A DNA stretch of 64,000 bases from Takakia lepidozioides (GCA_030704615.1 CM060731.1:39928001-39992000); one strand, 5' to 3'. Shown: positions 27,365 through 40,435, counted from the first letter of the stretch. A program made the numbers and translations. The notes: generated by a model not told the origin, from the letters alone.

Positions 27365-27449
27365 CAACTTTGATGTGCTTCTTTCATACTCCCACATTTG
27401 GCATACATGTCAACAAGAGTGTTCTCCAAAATTAATTTGCAATTCCAGC
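27365..27449 (-). pseudogene. Isolated PLS-PPR S-motif fragment
   Basis: Reverse strand encodes [20 protein letters not shown]. It abuts the hAT MITE remnant. Confidence 0.7.
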
Positions 27450-28201
27450 CGGTTCCATAGTATTGAAAGATTCCCTTAATTTTAATACCCGCCGGTTCTC
27501 AATAGTAGTATGATTTTTGATTTGCGGACGGGTATCAATAGGATGGGTATCCAATCTAATACCAGCTGGTTTTCAACCCGGGTATAAAAGATAAGAAATA
27601 AGAATAAAAATAACCACTAAATCATTAATATGTATTTAATTTAGAAGATTTCAGTTGATTTCACAAAGAAATTGATTATTATGTTGCAAAATTCAGTCTT
27701 TGCATTACATAATAACAACGTTGCAGATTTTAGTATAATTGAAGCAAGCTTAGTTAAAAGAAGACTGATTGCAACCCTCATCCTCAAATAAACCAGCATC
27801 TGCAATGAGGTCCTCATAAGACACCCTCCATGTGGTAAGAAAAAAAAATATATATAGGGCGGGCCCGCCCTACATGTGGTAAGAAATGAAGCATAGTGGC
27901 GGACCCTTGGGGCTGGACATGCCCTCCCTCACATGTGCACCCTCTTACCCTGACATATTGTGCACCCAGCCAATTTCCTATTCATACCATGGTATAGTCC
28001 TTGTTTTGCCCATAATACGGGTAAGCACCCGGGTATTGCCTTGGCAATACCAGCCGGTCCAGTTATCAACCATAGTATTGGAATTGCCAATACCACGGGT
28101 CGGTTATTAACCATAGTATTACAAAAGCTAATACCAGCCAGGTTGGTTATTCAATACCCTGGTTGATACCCTGCCAGACCCTATATACCAGTCCAACACT
28201 G
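27450..28201. mobile_element. Left-truncated hAT-family MITE
   Basis: Right TIR ataccagtccaacactg followed by TTCTAGAC (nTnnnnAn hAT target consensus). Many ataccc/ccggt subterminal repeats. Confidence 0.6.
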
Positions 28202-29300
28202 TTCTAGACCTTCTTCAACATGGTTGCCACACTGCCCCACTCAATATTATTACTGTAGAAAACCTGAAACTATCCCATACCACCACCGCTAAACTTCGTT
28301 ATACAATACACTTTATAACTTTCATCTCATCCTCAACAAACACAAGATTGAAAGCAACCAGCTGGCCACCCTGTAAGTCAGACTTTTTTTAAAAAGCCCA
28401 TTCCCTAAAGGGACAGAATCCCCAAGGGGAAGAGGCTCTCATTTGCGCTAACCTCGGGTGGCGTCATGTATGTATATATACAGCTTGACACATAATTAGT
28501 CTCTTTAACACAATCTGAATCCACAGTTACTTGCTCCTAAGATATTGATTGGCAATGCACAGGTTAATGTCTATAACATCATTAGGTGTCTCATGGACAA
28601 TGATCCTGCTCTTTACACAAAAGACTCATTGAAATTCACCAACAATATTTGAAGGTGGTGCCAAAAGAAAGGTGAACAATGCCTTCAATATCCTCAGAAT
28701 ATGAAAATTACATTTTATAGATATTCCAACGGTATCAAGAACCAAGGCGGAGTGGTTTGGGAGATCTCAACGGACATACAAACAAACAAAACAAAACAAA
28801 CTACCTTGCTTAATACATATATTGATGTGCCATAGTTCATAGGTGTTGGCGCAGTGAACTGGGATGTAATGGACTACTTGTACATAAACAGAAAAACGGC
28901 CCAACAACACCATATATACATGAAAAGCACTATTGAGTTGGGACTGAAGAAAATATTTGATCACTGCAAGACTGATGAACTGCAGACACTTGACAAGCAT
29001 GCCATCCTTCCAGATGCAGTGCCCACTACAGACTATCAAAAGTGTAAACAGAACGACCCACACTCGTCCACTATTAATAGCCTCTACAGACAAGACAAAA
29101 CCTACAAGTCACACAACTAAACCAACAATACTGAGGTTGTCAAAGCGAACAGAATATGAGAGGGTCAGTGAGGTGACTATATCACCTCATACGAAACCAG
29201 TCGGGCTCCTGCCTAAAGGGTAGTAGTACTGCAACCATGTGTTGCTGGTGGCGAGTCGCCACCAGCAACCAAAATCTAAATCCACTGCAACTAATATTGC

Positions 29301-32300
29301 CTAGTGGTAGGGCCTGTAGCGCATTGGCCTCCTGAACGGGGGAACCTTCCTGCAGTCCATCCCGCAAAAAAACCGTCATGCAAATCCATCTGTGACCATC
29401 ATCGAGCATCTGAATATATTTAATCCATTGTCAAGCACAGCTAGTCTGCTAACAATGAGGCATTTGCCAACACTACTGGGCCGTCTGGAAGTGGACACGG
29501 GCACCATGTGACTGCCGAAGTGAAAATGCTTAGCCACAGAATCTTGGTGCAAATCCAATCCACCGGACATCTATGCCACAACTAGCAAAATGCAATTGTG
29601 CTATGAATATGTGCAGCAGAAAAGTTAGAGTGGAAATCCCTTGAGGCTTGTGGACACCCACCCATGACCATAAGCATACCCAGAGAAAGGTGTATAAGGT
29701 CCAGGCCGGTACCCATAATAAGGGTTGAATCGCCGACCCCGAAATGCCTTCATTCCTGGGACATTGGTCCTCTTTGCTGTCACCTGCAACCATGTATCAG
29801 CAGGGTATCCAGGTTATGGGCTCCCTTTCAATCTGCTCCTTTTCACTGGCTGGAATGGTCCCAGTACACTACCATGATCCAACAGCACGGTAAGCATGAA
29901 GATGTTGATGTCACTGGTACTACAGTGTGGAGTTCAGATGCAAAAGGCATATATCAAACATGCCAATGCAACAAAACAAGCCAACACACATTAATTTCTG
30001 TAAGATCCATTCAATAACACAAGCAGGTACAGGCATGGAACCGCAAGAACCTTGAGTTGGCGGCCATGTAACTCAGATTCGCTAAGCAGGATAGCATTTT
30101 GAACTGCCTCCACCTCTACAAACTCAACATACGCATACCTGCACCCCACCATGAAGACATCCAAACTGTCTATTAGCAGCAATCTAACACCATAAATGGT
30201 ACAACAATCAGACCTGATATGTTTGATATCCTACCTTTCTTGCAAATTGAACCAGAAGTACCGATCGAGAAGACAGAATACAGGTTCTCACAAGGGTCTG
30301 GGAACGCACCCCTTTGGTTGTCCGAACTTGTCCGTCAGGATTGTGACACGATTCACTGTGCCACATGACTGAAAATGCTGTTGCACTTCTTCTGGAGTAC
30401 AAGCATAGTCCACCTGCAAAATTGTCAAAACCTTCAGCACTTTCAGCACCTTCAACATCTCACTCATCCTGACTAATCTTAATATTACCTCAACCAAACT
30501 GATGTATGGTCCACATCATAGAAGGCCAAGGTAATTAGGGTAATGGACTGTATGAACCTCAAAACTTGCAAATTTCCAAACAGGTCCATCCCTAATCCTG
30601 AATAGAGGCAAGACAGGTGCAGAGATGTAACAAAAAGGACATGCAAATATAGAAAAATAGCTGGACAAGTGCAGAAGATCAAAGCCTTTAGTTTGAATGG
30701 TAATCCAGGAACGAGCTGGTACCTAATGAAAAATCGCATGGTAAGACTTCCACTCCATTTTGAAGGGCAGCCGATCTCAACAGGCCAATCGCATCATAGT
30801 GTTTCTATGGCATTCACTTTACGACCTCAACCGTCTCAGACAGCCACAGACTACACTCACAGAACTGGACTTACACTTGGATCGAGACTGTACATTACCA
30901 ACGAAAACTGAACGTGTGTCTGCCTCCTCTCCATTTGCCTCCTGCGATGCTGCCAGACTTGTGGGATCTGCATCCAGCAGCAACCAACCAGACCAGGTTG
31001 GTCCTTCACTCATTTATTTTTCTCAGACAGACACTCATCCCAGGAGTTTTTCTTCTCCTTTATGAGAAAAGAAATGACTTTAATGTCCAATGCAGGCCCC
31101 AAAAGAGAGAGGCAGCTCTAGTGTGCTCATGTACAAACAAGGTTTGGCAGTACATGCACCAACAAGTTATCCTAACACCGGGCCTTCCTAAATCTTCTAC
31201 CATCAGCTCTTGCAATTGCAACTTGAAAAATTGCAAGAGACACATGTCTTCCACCCTTGACCATTCCCATTAAGTGTCTTTCTCCATTCTTAAACCACGT
31301 AACTGCATCCTTTACCTATAAGAAAAACAAAATCATGACTTTCTTACATACAGAGCTCAGGCTGGAGGGCATACCTCGAGAAATACTCATCTCTTTCTCA
31401 ACTTTAGCTTGCACATTACGCAGTGCAGCAGCTTCCTCTTCCATCTCCTTAAGGCGCTTCTTCATCTCCTCTAATTCCTGACAACTCACATTTGAGACTG
31501 AGATAAGCCCATGATGCTTCTCCACGTCTTTACAACAGGCACATCCAGATTTAGCTTCAGCCTCCATAAACAAAACACTTCAATCAAGGGTTTCCATGAA
31601 TCTGTCACCAAATCTTTGAACATCACTAGCAATGACATAAAGCACCCCCTGGGTAAGCTTCTCACTGTCTTGCATATCAAGAATTTCTTACACCTCCGAA
31701 AGAAACACTGCGTTAGATTCCTGCCAATATGGAAGGATTCTAGAAGCTTATGTTCAGTAACTTCTTTGCCAATATTTTTTAATGAAGGGTTTCCAAAAAT
31801 CGGCCACCAAATCTTTGAACATCTTCAACAATAACTTAAGCACCCGCACCCAGAACGCTTCTCACTACCTCGCATATCAAGATTTGCTTACACCTCCGAA
31901 AGAAAACACTACGTTGGATGCCTGCCAAGATGGAAGGATTCTAGAAGGTTACACTCAGTAACTTTTCTTACACAATACATATCCAATACCCCCCAAACTA
32001 AAGGAAAAAAGTAGTAGGTCATGCGTCTGCATTAATCCAACATGCGAAATGTGCAGCTTCATCTCTTTGATATTTGCGGCGAAGACCCATTTATCTGCAC
32101 CTTGTTTCAGCTTTATCCCAGTACCATAACTCATACGACACGAATACGAAACTTGCATGACAAGCCGCTTCGTAGCGCACCGGTTGTCATTCTAAGAACG
32201 AAGCACATAAACGTTCCAACATATCCCTGCAGGCTTCTCAAATGCTTCACTACACGCACCTTGAGAGCGAAACCTACAGAAACAAATTTTCTGTCCAGCA

Positions 32301-32466
32301 CTTCTCATTTTAAGGACTAGAATTACAGCGTGAAAACTACCTTGGATGCGGCATCGTCTGCACCGAAATCGCCGGTCTTGGAGGTCCCATCCAGGTTACC
32401 CTCCAAGTTACCCTCCATTTCTTCCGGGATCTCACCCCCATACACTTCGTGCTCCTCCTCCACCAT
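29301..32466 (-). CDS. PABN: Nuclear poly(A)-binding protein (PABP2/PABPN1-like), 7 exons, 221 aa
   Basis: Exons 32466-32341, 31477-31375, 30967-30894, 30413-30310, 30138-30051, 29783-29662 and 29349-29301 are GT-AG and in frame (666 nt). Motifs [12 protein letters not shown], coiled coil [32 protein letters not shown]...[22 protein letters not shown]-terminal [10 protein letters not shown]. Confidence 0.95.
31580..31965. repeat. Diverged tandem duplication (about 195 bp x2) in PABN intron 1
   Basis: Repeated blocks aagggtttcca..caccaaatctttgaacatc and cttacacctccgaaagaaa..atggaaggattctagaag. Confidence 0.8.
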
Positions 32467-32575
32467 CACGAATGAAGCTGATCTGCGCGGCAGCAACACC
32501 GACCTTGCACACACAACCCCGCTCACCAAATCTGCTCCTGCGCTGCCTCCCTACACGCACTCTCTCTCTCATGTG

Positions 32576-32720
32576 AAACCCTAACACTACATTGGCATGG
32601 AGTTTCGTTAGGCACAGTTCGAGCATTTCGTTAGCCACATTCCGTTACAGCTATCGGCCCCCATAACCTTCATACAGGTAAATCGGCCGTCAGTTGACAC
32701 CTGCGACTAGCAAACCCTAA
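32576..32720. promoter_or_regulatory. Two telo-boxes (AAACCCTAA) upstream of PABN
   Basis: AAACCCTAA at 32576-32584 and 32712-32720, with a GGCCC site-II-like motif between them. This arrangement is typical of plant translation and RNA-processing gene promoters. Confidence 0.55.
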
Positions 32721-33979
32721 ACACCATTTTGTGACTACTTAGGCCATATGAATGAGGAGAGAGAGAGATGTCAAGAGCCGAGGGCAGAATAGTGTGCAGG
32801 TGTGCTGAAAAGGTTGGTAATTCCCCACTGTTGAGGGGTCGATTTGTCCAAGTTGTTTGGAGCGGAAGTGACAATGATGAAGGACCTCGGACTCCAACTG
32901 ATCTTTAGTGATCTAGAAAACAGTAAGCAAACTCGATATTTTAGGACATTTTTGGGGACCTGTTTATTAGCATTTGGAGTGTTAATTTCTTGAGCCACAG
33001 TGACCATCGGGCGTCGGACAACTGGATCGCACCAAATCAATCGACCCTTAGAAGACATTAGAAGCCTCAGAAGAGAATTATTTTAGTTTTAGATCACATT
33101 GAGGAGAAGCCAGAGAATCATTGGACTGCCCGCCACCATATACTTCATCTCTATTCAGTCCTGACCTCCTCTGTTCTCCAGATGGTTGCCATGTGCACTA
33201 CATCCTCAGTTGGTTTCATGAGATCTTCCCGCTTCTCCATCTGATTGGATGCAAGTAGCCTACAGAGTCGATGCAGTCAAATTTGTATCAAGCATGGGAG
33301 TGAAGTTCTGGAAGAAAACATCGGAGATGTACAAAACTGATGTTTTCTTCCAACATCTTTTCTGACGTCTTTGCGACATCTTTTCTTCCAACATCGGGTA
33401 CTTAGTTTTGTAACATGGTTAGGCTTGCAAGTGAGAAGATCCATAAATCTTGAAAGTGCTCAGCATTGAGTAGGTCAGCGGAGCTCCTCTGTTAACACGT
33501 TAAAATTGCAGCTCCTATCATATATAGCTACAGAAAGGCTTGAGCACTTGCTAAAAATGAACCTTCAATGGCCTTTTTTGGCCAATTTCAAGCGCATCTG
33601 GCCTTGAAAGAGAATGGCTACCACTTATCGGCATTTAAAACTTGTCTTGGACTTGAAGAGAAAGTGCTTGACATGTTTTGTAACGACCAATGCTGCTTTC
33701 ATGGCTAGCAGGCGTGCACGCAAAATTTATCCCCGGTCCCCTTCACAAGACTAATTTGCAGCCACAAATGTAGCCTGATGATAATTTGTAAAGTTAAAGA
33801 GTCATGTGGTTAGTGCAGCGTACTTGTACGTTGTTTCTTTGAAAACATTAGTCAAGTATTTTGCGTGATGAATGGTCGCCTACTGCATGCAGGCAATTTG
33901 TGCAAAAGGATACATCGACATTAACCTTCGAACCCCTCCAAGCATCTGGACATGTGAATTACAACATGTGGTCAACATA

Positions 33980-34210
33980 TGAATCTGATCATAGCTAGCT
34001 CAGTTTTAAGAGAACTATGCTCCCCAAACTGCGTCAATCTTGAGGCGCTTGTTGATACCGCTACCAATATCTTGGTGGTCCTACGCGCGATTGCGTTTCT
34101 AGCTAGCAGCTTCAATAGTACACCTCCTCAGTTACATGATAGCGATAGCTTCATAATTCAAGCCCAATTCAAGACCTTCCCTGCCGATTTCTCAAACATG
34201 AAACACTCAA
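33980..34210 (+). pseudogene. Possible degenerate LRR (NLR-like) fragment
   Basis: LRELCSPNCVNLEALVDT.TNILVVL and FKTFPADFSNMKH resemble plant NLR LRR units. Confidence 0.3.
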
Positions 34211-34218
34211 ATCATCAA

Positions 34219-35256
34219 TGATTTCTTAAATTCTTGTGGTGTCAATCTGGGAATTCAAATTCAAACAAACAAAATATTAGTGAATCCAGAAATGCAAAAT
34301 TTAACACGAGTCTCCGGTCTCAGTATCCGTATTAATAGCTATTAATTTTGGTCTCTTGTACCCTGCTGTCTCAGGTGTGCCGCTCAGTGAAGTGGATCTT
34401 AGGTAGCAAGAGTCAGGTACAAGAGTCAGGTCCTTTAGTCTCTTGTATACTGTTTCTTCCAACTCGCTTCCTAAAATCCACTTCACTGAGCGGCACACCT
34501 CATCTCGTCTCCAGACTCCGGAGTACCTAGGAACTTACTAACTCTCGGAGGCGATGTGTATCTCATGTGGGAGACTGAAGCCAAGGGAGGAGGGAACATC
34601 GTACAAGTGGAGTGACAAATATAGATCTTCACAGATCTATCTAAATACTTGCATCCCTTACGCAAGCATTGTCCAAGCCCATTTCCAACTGCCAGCTGTA
34701 CGACATTCCCTCTTCTTCCATGGGTGATTTCTCCGAGATTTCTATCTACTCTAACATCGACTTCACTGACAACCTTGTGGTTAGAGTTAGCTGGCTCATC
34801 CTGTCGTGACTAAAAAATTGAATTAATTCAGTAACATAGTTGGGGATCAATCATATCTCAGTTTTCTGTACTGCAATGCAGACCGTGCGGCTCTATAGAA
34901 AAAAAGATGATCCCTCCCCATCCCCTACTCCACTGCAGAGATGGAGTAGAAGACGATGATAAATTGATCGGTGTTGAAATGTGTAATAGTACAACTCCAC
35001 TGCCAGTGATGTAGTGGATAAGTGAAATTCCACTCCAGTTGCAGTGTGGAGCAGCAGATGAGCAGTGCGTTCTGCAATGCACTGTAGTACCTCCCTGTCT
35101 CGTCTCTTTATCTACTCACCACAGCGAGATCTGGATAGACTCACCTTTCCTTACTCAAAAGAGCCTATACACCTGTCACAATCTTGTGATATATTTGACT
35201 TAAGAATCGAATTTATCTCTCGATTATGATCGGATCTTCTTCAGATATGCAAAACA
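34219..35256 (-). mobile_element. Dispersed repeat, probable solo LTR (family B), copy 1
   Basis: About 0.9 kb of clear reverse-complement similarity to 51741-52625. Shared end TGTTTTGCATATCTGAAG. No TSD identified, and the left boundary is approximate. Confidence 0.65.
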
Positions 35257-37957
35257 AACGAAAATAAAACAAAAAACTATAAAAAGGGAGGTAGACGAAT
35301 CCACACAATTTCACATCCACCAAGGAAGCAGGATGTGAACCCCAAATCACATGGGTGGCATGCAGTTCACTATCCAATTGAGCTACAGCAATACCACAAA
35401 GGACAAGGGATCACCAAGATTTGAGCCCCAGATCACCGAATACGTTGAAATCACTATTGACCAGTTTTAATTTGTTCTTTTTTACTTTTCTTTTCTTTCA
35501 AAAGTGTGGTTGTGTGTGTCCCTCAATCTTTCAATACGAAGTTGATCTAAGATGCAGTGCAGAACGTGCCTCCCCACAGTCACATGCACGTGTACTGGCG
35601 GTACATGTATGCAGTGGAGAAAGTGTTCCTAACTGCTGATCGTACTAGAAGAGACAGAAAAGACTATGGCCGAAGGCATGCTCATCAATAAGACCCCTTC
35701 CCCGTACAGGCCCTGTCGGGGGTGGATCATATTATTTAACTTAATACTCTGATAGTGTCCGACTAAGACTGAAACTGTAAAATGAGAATCTATCTTGCCC
35801 ATGCTAAACTGCCCACTGAGTTTCGTCTCCTCCTGTGTAGAGGAAGAGAGTAGAGCAACAACTTGCCCTAACAGGATACGTCACATAGAGCGCACAATCT
35901 CCCATGGGTGGCCAAAATTGAGCCAGTAATCAGGCTGCTCATACAGAAATCCATCCTGTAAATATATTGTCTGGCTGAACATGCCATACTGATAGCGGAT
36001 ACCATACCTAGCTACAGCCAACCAGCACAATCTTTTGGAGTGCTTCCTGCAGTCAACAGAACTCTTTCTACAAGACTCTGGACTTACAAGTGTAACTATT
36101 AAGCATATTAACTTGGTCGACTGTCTAGGTTACCTGAGACTCTATCTGACCCACTTAATTATGTCCTTCAGGTCCCCATAGCTCGGCCCATATGCAGTCC
36201 GTGCCTTAACAGACATGTCTGATTTTTTATAGCTCCAAGCAATTGCCAGCAAGAAAGCATGAGTCGTGCAGTGACGAGAGATGCCTTGTCTTTCAGCATG
36301 AGCAGTTTAAGCCTTTTAACAAAATCTAGTAAAGACATGATATGATGGGCAAGTACGGTAAAGCTTACCCCCAAGCAGAGTAGTTCATAGTGGCCAGTGA
36401 ATCCAAGAAACATGCAGCCAAACGTCCTGTCAGAGAACCACAAGATTGAAGCTTCTAACAATGAACAACTCTAACTTTGTACAGATCTAAAGTCTACTTT
36501 GCAGGTAATGGCAGGTGCAAGAAACGGGATGATACCTCAGCAACTAACAGAAACACAAGAGCAAGGGCTCCTCTACTACTGCCATTACTCCAAAATCATC
36601 CAGACTCATTCAGGCTCCTCCACTGCTACATGACATAATCACTAGATAACCACACCTCTGGATCCTTTTCCTGAAAGAAGATATGCCTCAATACCGCCTC
36701 TCCTCCTTACTTATCCTACATAACTTTGTTCTTCCATAACTCCTAGGCATATGAGGTACTTAGCCTAAGCATAAAAGTAACTCCCATTCTTCCCACTAAC
36801 CCTCTGGCCATCTTGCTTGTAACCACCGCTTTCACATCATTCTCTTGACACAAATCGTTCCCAGTACTCAAGCTTTTGTCTTGCCACTTTACCGTCCGCC
36901 AACTCGCCACATCACTCCACCTTTTCCTCCTCATCAGACAGTGTGTAACCTACTTTGCACATTTTGGGGGGTCAATCCCGGCATCCTCAGAGTGGCCTGC
37001 ACCTGACCGACGTCAACCCACATCATTCACCTCCTTTGACTCCTCATAACCCTCACCCTCATCATCAGAATCTTGGTCGGAATCCTCGTTAGAGTCCATC
37101 CCGTCAGTTATAACTGGTATGTCAATACCAACTAACTCTCAACGCCTAATACGTCCCCAGGGGGCATCTTAGGCTCTAGACCAAATACCGGTAAGACCTT
37201 CTCCACTCCCTGCACCAGCAATCTCTCCTCCACTCCCTGCACCAGCAATCTCTCCTCCATTCCCTGGACCAACCATCCCTCATTTACTTGGCCCCAAGTT
37301 AAAATCCATCTTAGGCCTAGCCTTGTACTGTGTATCCAGCCAACAAAATCCCGAATAGGGATAGGTACGTTGTTATATTTAATGGAAAATCCAACAAGCG
37401 GAGAAGGCCTTGTGGGCACTCTCACATGTGCAAGGGAATGGAAAGATGCACTACTTGGTATATAGAATACCCTAATCCTCAATGGATACGCGAAATTCAG
37501 GTAAAAGGAACTTTTGAAGGCTGCAGGTGGAACAGTTTGAAGATCCTTTGATGCAGGATCCACTTCTCTCCCATGAACTTTCACCCAACGATGTTTCTTA
37601 ACTGGAAAAATCGTGCCCAAAAAAATGACACCAATACTTGTGCTTCGGTCAAACGTCACCAAGTAACAAGACTGCGGTTTCCCCACGGTATCTGCCAAAG
37701 GCCTGTGTCTTCGTAGACACGAAGTGGCACTTGAAGGGCAAGTGAATCTGCAAGTGGGACAGCATGTAACTTACAGGGAGAATCGTTAGAAACCTCCAAC
37801 GGGTAGGATGCATAGGTTTTGTAAAACTACAGCTTGGAAGGCCATTGTAGGTACCTAGAAACACAAGATTGCAAAGCCTTATGATGTAGAGAGAGAAGAC
37901 TCCGGCCAAGCGTAACTAAGAGCCACCTTATGGCTACTGTCCCCTTTTGGAGGCGGG

Positions 37958-39209
37958 TAGGGAATTCCAAAAAGGCCTTGATGTGAAATGCATTGCAATT
38001 CACTTGATCACCCCCTAAATGTGCGCAATTCAATTGAATTGTCGGCACATGATTCAATTGAATTGCGAATTGGCAATTGAATTGCGAATTGGCAATTCAA
38101 TTGAATTGCTAGTTGACAATTCAATTGAATTGTTGACTGCAATTCAATTGAATTGTGAATTTGCAAATCAATTGAATTGCCAATTCGCAATTCAATTGAA
38201 TTGTGAATTTGCAAATCAATTGAATTGCCAATTCGCAATTCAATTGAATAATTTTTAACTTATTTCTGTATATAATATATATATGTATATATTTAAATTA
38301 TACATATATACATACACAGGTATAAGCTAAAAATACATGTTGCTCGTCTATTCTTGCTGTCCGTTTGTCAATCCTTTGCCCGTGGTAAGGCTTGAGCCCA
38401 AGATAAACCTAAGGGAGACCGAGAGAGGGAGAGAGAGAGAAGAAGTCACAAAGCGCTTATAAAAGCGGGATTGTCTCTCTTTGTGGATGTTGGTGCCAAT
38501 ATATGGCTATGTACATATACCAAACATGATACCAATGTAAGAGTATCAACGTGTAAGAGTTTGATATATTAAACTTATATGGAACACACATCCCAACTTC
38601 AACATGATACCTTTGTAAGGGTATCTCAATTTTTGATAATTCTCAAGATGAACATATTTTTGTTTTTTTTGTCCTGGGCCAGATACTAGTGTTAGGGGAC
38701 TACATGGTGATGTAGGGGAAGCCTTTCATCAATTGTCAGGTTTGATTTTGTCTTTTTTTTCGGAGCCAACCATGTTTCTTTTGCCAGTGAATCACAGGAA
38801 GCTGCTGATCTGTCTCGGTCTCTGGCTCTCCCTTTCTCGTTGAGGCTGAGGGTGGCTTCACAACTCCACAATTTCCTCAAGGGCACAAGAAAGAGGGCCA
38901 GCAAGAATAGACGGGCAACATGTATTTTTAGCTTATACTCTTATATGTGTATAAATATAATTTGAATATATACATGTACATATATATTAAATATTATATA
39001 TAAAAATAAATTAAAAATTATAGATTACAATTCAATTGAATTGTAGTCAGCAATTCAATTGAATTGCCAACTAGCGATTCAATTGAATTGCGGGTTGACA
39101 ATTCAATTGAATTGCAAATTAGGGTTAGTTCAATTGAATTGTGCACTTTTAGGGGGTGATCAAGTGAATTGCGATGCATTTCACATCAAGGCCTTTTTGG
39201 AATTCCCTA
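37958..39209. mobile_element. Foldback-type non-autonomous DNA transposon with 300-400 bp TIRs
   Basis: Ends tagggaattccaaaaaggccttgatgtgaaatgcat / its reverse complement. Arms span about 37958-38360 and 38897-39209 and contain arrays of CAATTCAATTGAATTG. Imperfect flanking duplication ggcggg / ggtggg. Confidence 0.85.
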
Positions 39210-40254
39210 GGTGGGCCCTATTCTGATGTATATATATAGATATATGTATGTACATGGACAATTCAAGGAGCTTCAAATAAAGCTGACAATGACACATACA
39301 GAAAGATTTATTTATCATCATGTCTAGAATGAAAATTTGGTGGATGCAATTTTGGGCATCTACAGCATCCAGTTTGCACATTTTTTATTTTAATCATGCT
39401 TAAGAACTTTTTTGGGATTTTAGACCTACAATTCAATCTAAGGATTTTTGTTTGTTTTTCCTTCTTTTAGCCTCATATGGCCATGTGAACAAGAAATAGA
39501 ACCGTCTGTTGATCCTTTTTAATGATGTAGTGTAAAGAACAGTGTTTAAAATAACAATTGTTATTTATATAATTGAAACTATATCACATCAATGTGAGCA
39601 AAGTTTAACTATCTGAACAGGCTTATGTCACATGACATGTGGCTTTATCTTTACCGTTCATCTTCCCCATTCTATCTGTGATGATACGATCTACACCATC
39701 TCTTTTGCAAGACCATTGGGTTTGAACCAGTTGATAACCAGTTGAACTGGTTGAACTCTATCAACTGGTTTGAACGTTGATACTGCCAATCACCTCCCTC
39801 AGGCGTATCGCACATACTTGCATCAATCTGTGTGTTCGCAGCTTGTGAAATACACTGCGTTCTGAGTTCAAGCATTTTGGAATTTCTTGCCATTCATGGC
39901 TTTGTGCCTGCATATCACCTCATCGGTGAAATGTGCAGCCTCCCATACTCCGTTTGGAGCTACCATTTTATGTGTTTGTGACTTTGAATACGATGTTGCT
40001 CGATATGAAGGTACCCCTTTATGTGTAATGTCCAGCCTTACTGATGATGGTCTACCCTGTTTGTTTGATATGCCGAGATAAGAATATTGAAACTAACTAC
40101 CTATTCTAGACAATCTTCTCTTTTTTATTCAAAAAACTTATTCATTAGTTCACTGCAGGAGTCTTGTGAGCCATTCGTTTTACTTTTCCTATTTCCAACT
40201 TTGTACATATACTCAATAAAGGCGTCTGTAATCAATGCTTCCGGCATTCGCGAT

Positions 40255-40435
40255 CACTTGAGCAGGTAGCCCAATGGTTGGGTGTTTGTGCCTTGCCAGT
40301 GCATAACCTAGGTGATCCTGGGTTCAATCCTTCAACATGTGCCTTCCGATCGTCCATTGGGCCCTCGATGGCCTGGGTTGAGCAGTAGGCTCTATAAATT
40401 CACTGGACATTAAAGAAACTTTATCTTATCTTTAT
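40255..40435 (+). mobile_element. tRNA-derived SINE, copy 2
   Basis: Highly similar to 10368-10553. A box TAGCCCAATGG, B box GGTTCAATCC, (ttatc)n tail. Confidence 0.8.

Noticed and set aside
13596-28201. Giant hAT element enclosing ACL5
   Set aside because: The flanks of the candidate left ends (gtttttag, ctaaaaac) do not match the right flank (ttctagac). Separate truncated copies are more parsimonious.
37132-37698. 188-aa minus-strand ORF with a 30-bp repeat
   Set aside because: Non-ATG start and no recognisable motifs. Likely TE-derived, and cannot be supported as a gene.
38026-38250. CRISPR-like repeat-spacer array
   Set aside because: Spacers are only 7-9 nt, partly repeated and mirrored in the opposite TIR. 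There are no cas genes and the context is eukaryotic. Explained as transposon subterminal repeats.
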